DNA of 20,000 bases from an uncultured virus (IMG/VR IMGVR_UViG_2881717282_000001) (Duplodnaviria; Heunggongvirae; Uroviricota; Caudoviricetes), in the IMG/VR virus record IMGVR_UViG_2881717282_000001, positions 48,093-68,092 of that record; one strand, given 5' to 3'. The translations under genes were made by a program, and so were the position numbers. The notes below the pieces were generated by a model, which saw only the letters and a program-made list of their open reading frames with translations, ran no database searches and had not been told where the DNA came from. Positions 17,411 to 20,000 of the stretch are shown here, piece after piece. How positions within the stretch are numbered: the stretch's first letter is position 1; each line of letters starts with the position of its first letter.

Positions 17411-17540
17411 TGAACTGTTTTTGTTAAATTAAAAAGGGCAAAAAGAAATTAAAGAGGGCTTTTAGTGAAAACACCTTCTTTCTAATATTAAATAAAAAAG
17501 GGCAAATATTATTTTGATTATGAAGCAAGACAACATACAT

Positions 17541-17570
17541 AAAAAAAAGAAGAAGTATTTCTACTTCTTC
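17541..17570 (-). terminator. Intrinsic terminator downstream of marR
   Basis: Minus strand GAAGAAGTA-gaaa-TACTTCTTC followed by T8. Confidence 0.75.
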
Positions 17571-17781
17571 AGAAGGTGCAATTCTATAAATCAAGATAAG
17601 CGGTGATATCTTTTGATGTTGGTTTCTTTTTACTTGTACGACGTTTCTTTTTCACCGGTTTGTGCTGCAGGATATCGAGCGTTTGCTGTGCAATCTCATA
17701 AGTACGCAACTTATGGTCTTGATCCCTTTGAATCGGAATCAAATTGAGGAAACATTCGATGGACCATCTCGATAACCTCTT

Positions 17782-18210
17782 TCAACCCTCCATTAAATTG
17801 TCATAAGCTCGCGATAAAAAGTCTTTAAAACATTGTATTTCGGTTTTGGTAAATCCTTTTAATAAGGTTGTTTCATTGTCTTCGGCATTTTTATTTAATT
17901 GATCATAGATAGAAGGATCTCCCCAAATCAACGTCACTAAATTGGCACGTCGATCCTGTGGATTCTTTTGAATCTTGATCATTCCCTTCCGTTCCATGCT
18001 CTTTAATAAATTGAGAGTTGTTGTATGTGCTACGCCCAACAATTCCATAATCTCTGTTTGAGTGGCCGTATAGTTTGTTTGATCCGCTAAATAAATAACC
18101 ACCAATCCTTGCGATTGGGTCAAATGATAGACCGCATTTTGTTCGTTGATTCGTCTTTCGATGGCTGTATTGACCATTTTAATAGATGGCCTAATGACAT
18201 ACTTTTTCAT
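17782..18210 (-). CDS. MarR-family transcriptional regulator
   Basis: 'LTQSQ..V..YL...ATQTEI...LGVAHTT...LLKSMERKGMI.....PQDRRAN.V.L'. Confidence 0.92.
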   Translation of the reverse strand: MKKYVIRPSIKMVNTAIERRINEQNAVYHLTQSQGLVVIYLADQTNYTATQTEIMELLGVAHTTTLNLLKSMERKGMIKIQKNPQDRRANLVTLIWGDPSIYDQLNKNAEDNETTLLKGFTKTEIQCFKDFLSRAYDNLMEG

Positions 18211-18225
18211 ATATTTCTCCGTTAT

Positions 18226-18286
18226 GTAGTTAACTACTTATAAAAGTAGCTAGCTACTATTATACATAGTATGATCATTTATTCAA
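18226..18286 (-). promoter_or_regulatory. marR promoter with two palindromic operators
   Basis: Minus strand TTGAAT-N16-TATAAT (18286-18259), followed by perfect palindromes AGTAGCTAGCTACT (18245-18258) and GTAGTTAACTAC (18226-18237). Confidence 0.7.
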
Positions 18287-18302
18287 CAAAAAAATGCCGA
18301 TT

Positions 18303-19430
18303 TTACTCGACATTCTTTGGCCATACCTCTTGGGCAATTTCTTTGACCAATTTCAGTTTTGACCATTGTTGCTCTTCGGTTAGTTTATTACCAATCTCAC
18401 AAGAAGCAAAACCACATTGAGGACTTAAATATAAACGATTCAATGGAACATATTTTTCGGCTTCATGAATACGTGCAATCACTTCTTCTTTGTTTTCAAG
18501 TTTTGGTGACTTGGTTGTTACTAAACCCAATACGACTTTTTTATCATCGGATACTTTTGCTAGTGGCTCAAAGCCACCAGAGCGTTCATCATCAAACTCC
18601 AAATAGTAGGCGTTCACATTTTCCTGACCAAATAAGACATCGGCTACAGGATCGTAAGCACCACTATTGGCATAGGTTGAATGGAAATTACCTCGACACA
18701 CATGCGTATTGATGATCAAATCTTTTGGTGCATTCGCAATCACTTGATTATTGATATCTTTATGTGTCTTTTGGATATCCAATAACCCTTCTTGTGAAAC
18801 GCCATATGCTAAATGGCCGGAATGATCTGCCATCATTCCCCAGGTGCAATCGTCCAACTGAAGATTGCGACATCCTGCATCATAAAGATCTTGAATGAAC
18901 GCTCCATAAGCAGCGACTATATCGGATATCAAATCGGTATCCGAATCATAGTATTTTTCGGTTGCGATTCGATTGAAAGGCATTGTGAATTGAGCTAAAA
19001 ATTGTGCCGGTGCCGGAATCGTTTGTTTAGCTATTGTATTTTCATCTTCAAATTGTTTTACAAACTTAAAATGATCTATAAATGGATGTTTCTTAGAAAG
19101 ACCAACTTTACCGGTTAAATAGGTATCATCGATCATTGCTGCTTCATCATGAAATGGCAATCCAGTTTTGGTTGGCGTATGGCCAATGCCATCAAATCCC
19201 CACATGAAGTCAAGATGCCAAGTGGCTCTTCGAAATTCCCCATCGGTGATCACATGATAACCAAGCGATTTAATTTTGGTAATCAAATCTGTAATGGCTT
19301 GGTCCTCCACTTCTTTTAATTTGTCGTATGTCAGCAACCCTTGATCAAATTGGGCTCTTGCCGCTTTTAGTTTTTCTGGCCGTAGGAAACTTCCTACATA
19401 ATCGTATCGAAATGGTGTTTGTAGACTCAT
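18303..19430 (-). CDS. Cobalamin-independent methionine synthase II family protein (short, YxjG/YxjH-like)
   Basis: 'DYVGSFLRP', 'TDGEFRR..WHLDF', Zn ligands in 'HVCRGN', 'LEFDDERSGGFEPL', 'LSPQCGFAS'. Confidence 0.93.
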   Translation of the reverse strand: MSLQTPFRYDYVGSFLRPEKLKAARAQFDQGLLTYDKLKEVEDQAITDLITKIKSLGYHVITDGEFRRATWHLDFMWGFDGIGHTPTKTGLPFHDEAAMIDDTYLTGKVGLSKKHPFIDHFKFVKQFEDENTIAKQTIPAPAQFLAQFTMPFNRIATEKYYDSDTDLISDIVAAYGAFIQDLYDAGCRNLQLDDCTWGMMADHSGHLAYGVSQEGLLDIQKTHKDINNQVIANAPKDLIINTHVCRGNFHSTYANSGAYDPVADVLFGQENVNAYYLEFDDERSGGFEPLAKVSDDKKVVLGLVTTKSPKLENKEEVIARIHEAEKYVPLNRLYLSPQCGFASCEIGNKLTEEQQWSKLKLVKEIAQEVWPKNVE

Positions 19431-19517
19431 ATAACATCCTCCTGTTGTTGGGATTATTATATTTTATCGATTTCTTTTTGTATAATACGAAAAAACTAGG
19501 TCTATCATAGTTTTAAA

Positions 19518-20000
19518 CTATATATTCTTTCCCGTTTGATAAGCAATCCCTAGTTGTGGATGATTGGCAATGTTGCCATCCGTCGTTGTGCCACCTGCAA
19601 ATACATGACCAACCAGTTTTGCTTTAGAAAAAACACGAAGCCAACCTTTCAAACCATTTACCGCATTGTTTGGTGTAGAAGGATCTGTTGCTTCAGCTGT
19701 TGTCAAAAGATAAATGTCTTTGAAATGATAATTTGCTGTATATAAACAATTGGTGCGATCCAATAAGACTTTCATTTGACCACTCATTTCATAGTAATAA
19801 ATAGGTGTGGCAAACACTAAAACATCGGCATCTTTCATTTTCTGTACAATCCAATCGGCATCATCATGAATAACACAACGATGTGTTTTTAAACAGCCCC
19901 AACATCCGAGACAAAAACCAATCTTTTTTCCCACTAAAGAAATGGTTTCTACTTCGTGACCAACTTCTGTTGCACCTCGTGCAAATGCTTGTGCTAACAT
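19518..20000 (-). CDS. Flavodoxin family / NADPH-dependent FMN reductase (iron-sulfur flavoprotein-like), 5' end outside the window
   Basis: 'FCLGCWGC....RC...DD', 'ADVLVFATPIYYYEMSGQMK.LLDR'. Confidence 0.88.
   Translation of the reverse strand: MLAQAFARGATEVGHEVETISLVGKKIGFCLGCWGCLKTHRCVIHDDADWIVQKMKDADVLVFATPIYYYEMSGQMKVLLDRTNCLYTANYHFKDIYLLTTAEATDPSTPNNAVNGLKGWLRVFSKAKLVGHVFAGGTTTDGNIANHPQLGIAYQTGKNI

Noticed and set aside
19431..19517. SAM or T-box riboswitch upstream of the methionine synthase-like gene
   Set aside because: The intergenic region is only about 87 bp, AT-rich, and has no recognisable riboswitch motifs.

Overview
The window has four parts. (1) 1-~10490 is the right end of a Firmicutes siphovirus-type prophage: tail/baseplate genes, holin, amidase endolysin, an HTH/Zn-finger gene, a small SHOCT-like gene, two tandem large serine recombinases, and reverse-strand cargo (XRE regulator, putative HEPN protein, small ORFs). 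The prophage appears to be integrated inside a type I restriction-modification hsdM gene. The 5' half of hsdM (10449-11168, minus) breaks off at 'INKVY', exactly where SAM-binding motif I (DPACGSG) should begin. (2) 11209-15378 is an IS66 element whose tnpC is cut by an IS256-family element. The IS256 contains two single-N scaffold joins, each flanked by a 103-bp duplication, so adjacency across it is not guaranteed. (3) 15382-17143 is a promoter-headed array of about six tiny, mostly acidic ORFs resembling orphan immunity genes for phage MuF-type polymorphic toxins; upstream of it (17277-17410) are three regularly spaced short repeats. (4) 17782-20000 holds host genes for a MarR regulator with tandem palindromic operators, a short-form B12-independent methionine synthase-like protein and a flavodoxin-family protein. 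All family assignments come from motif recognition by eye; no searches were run.
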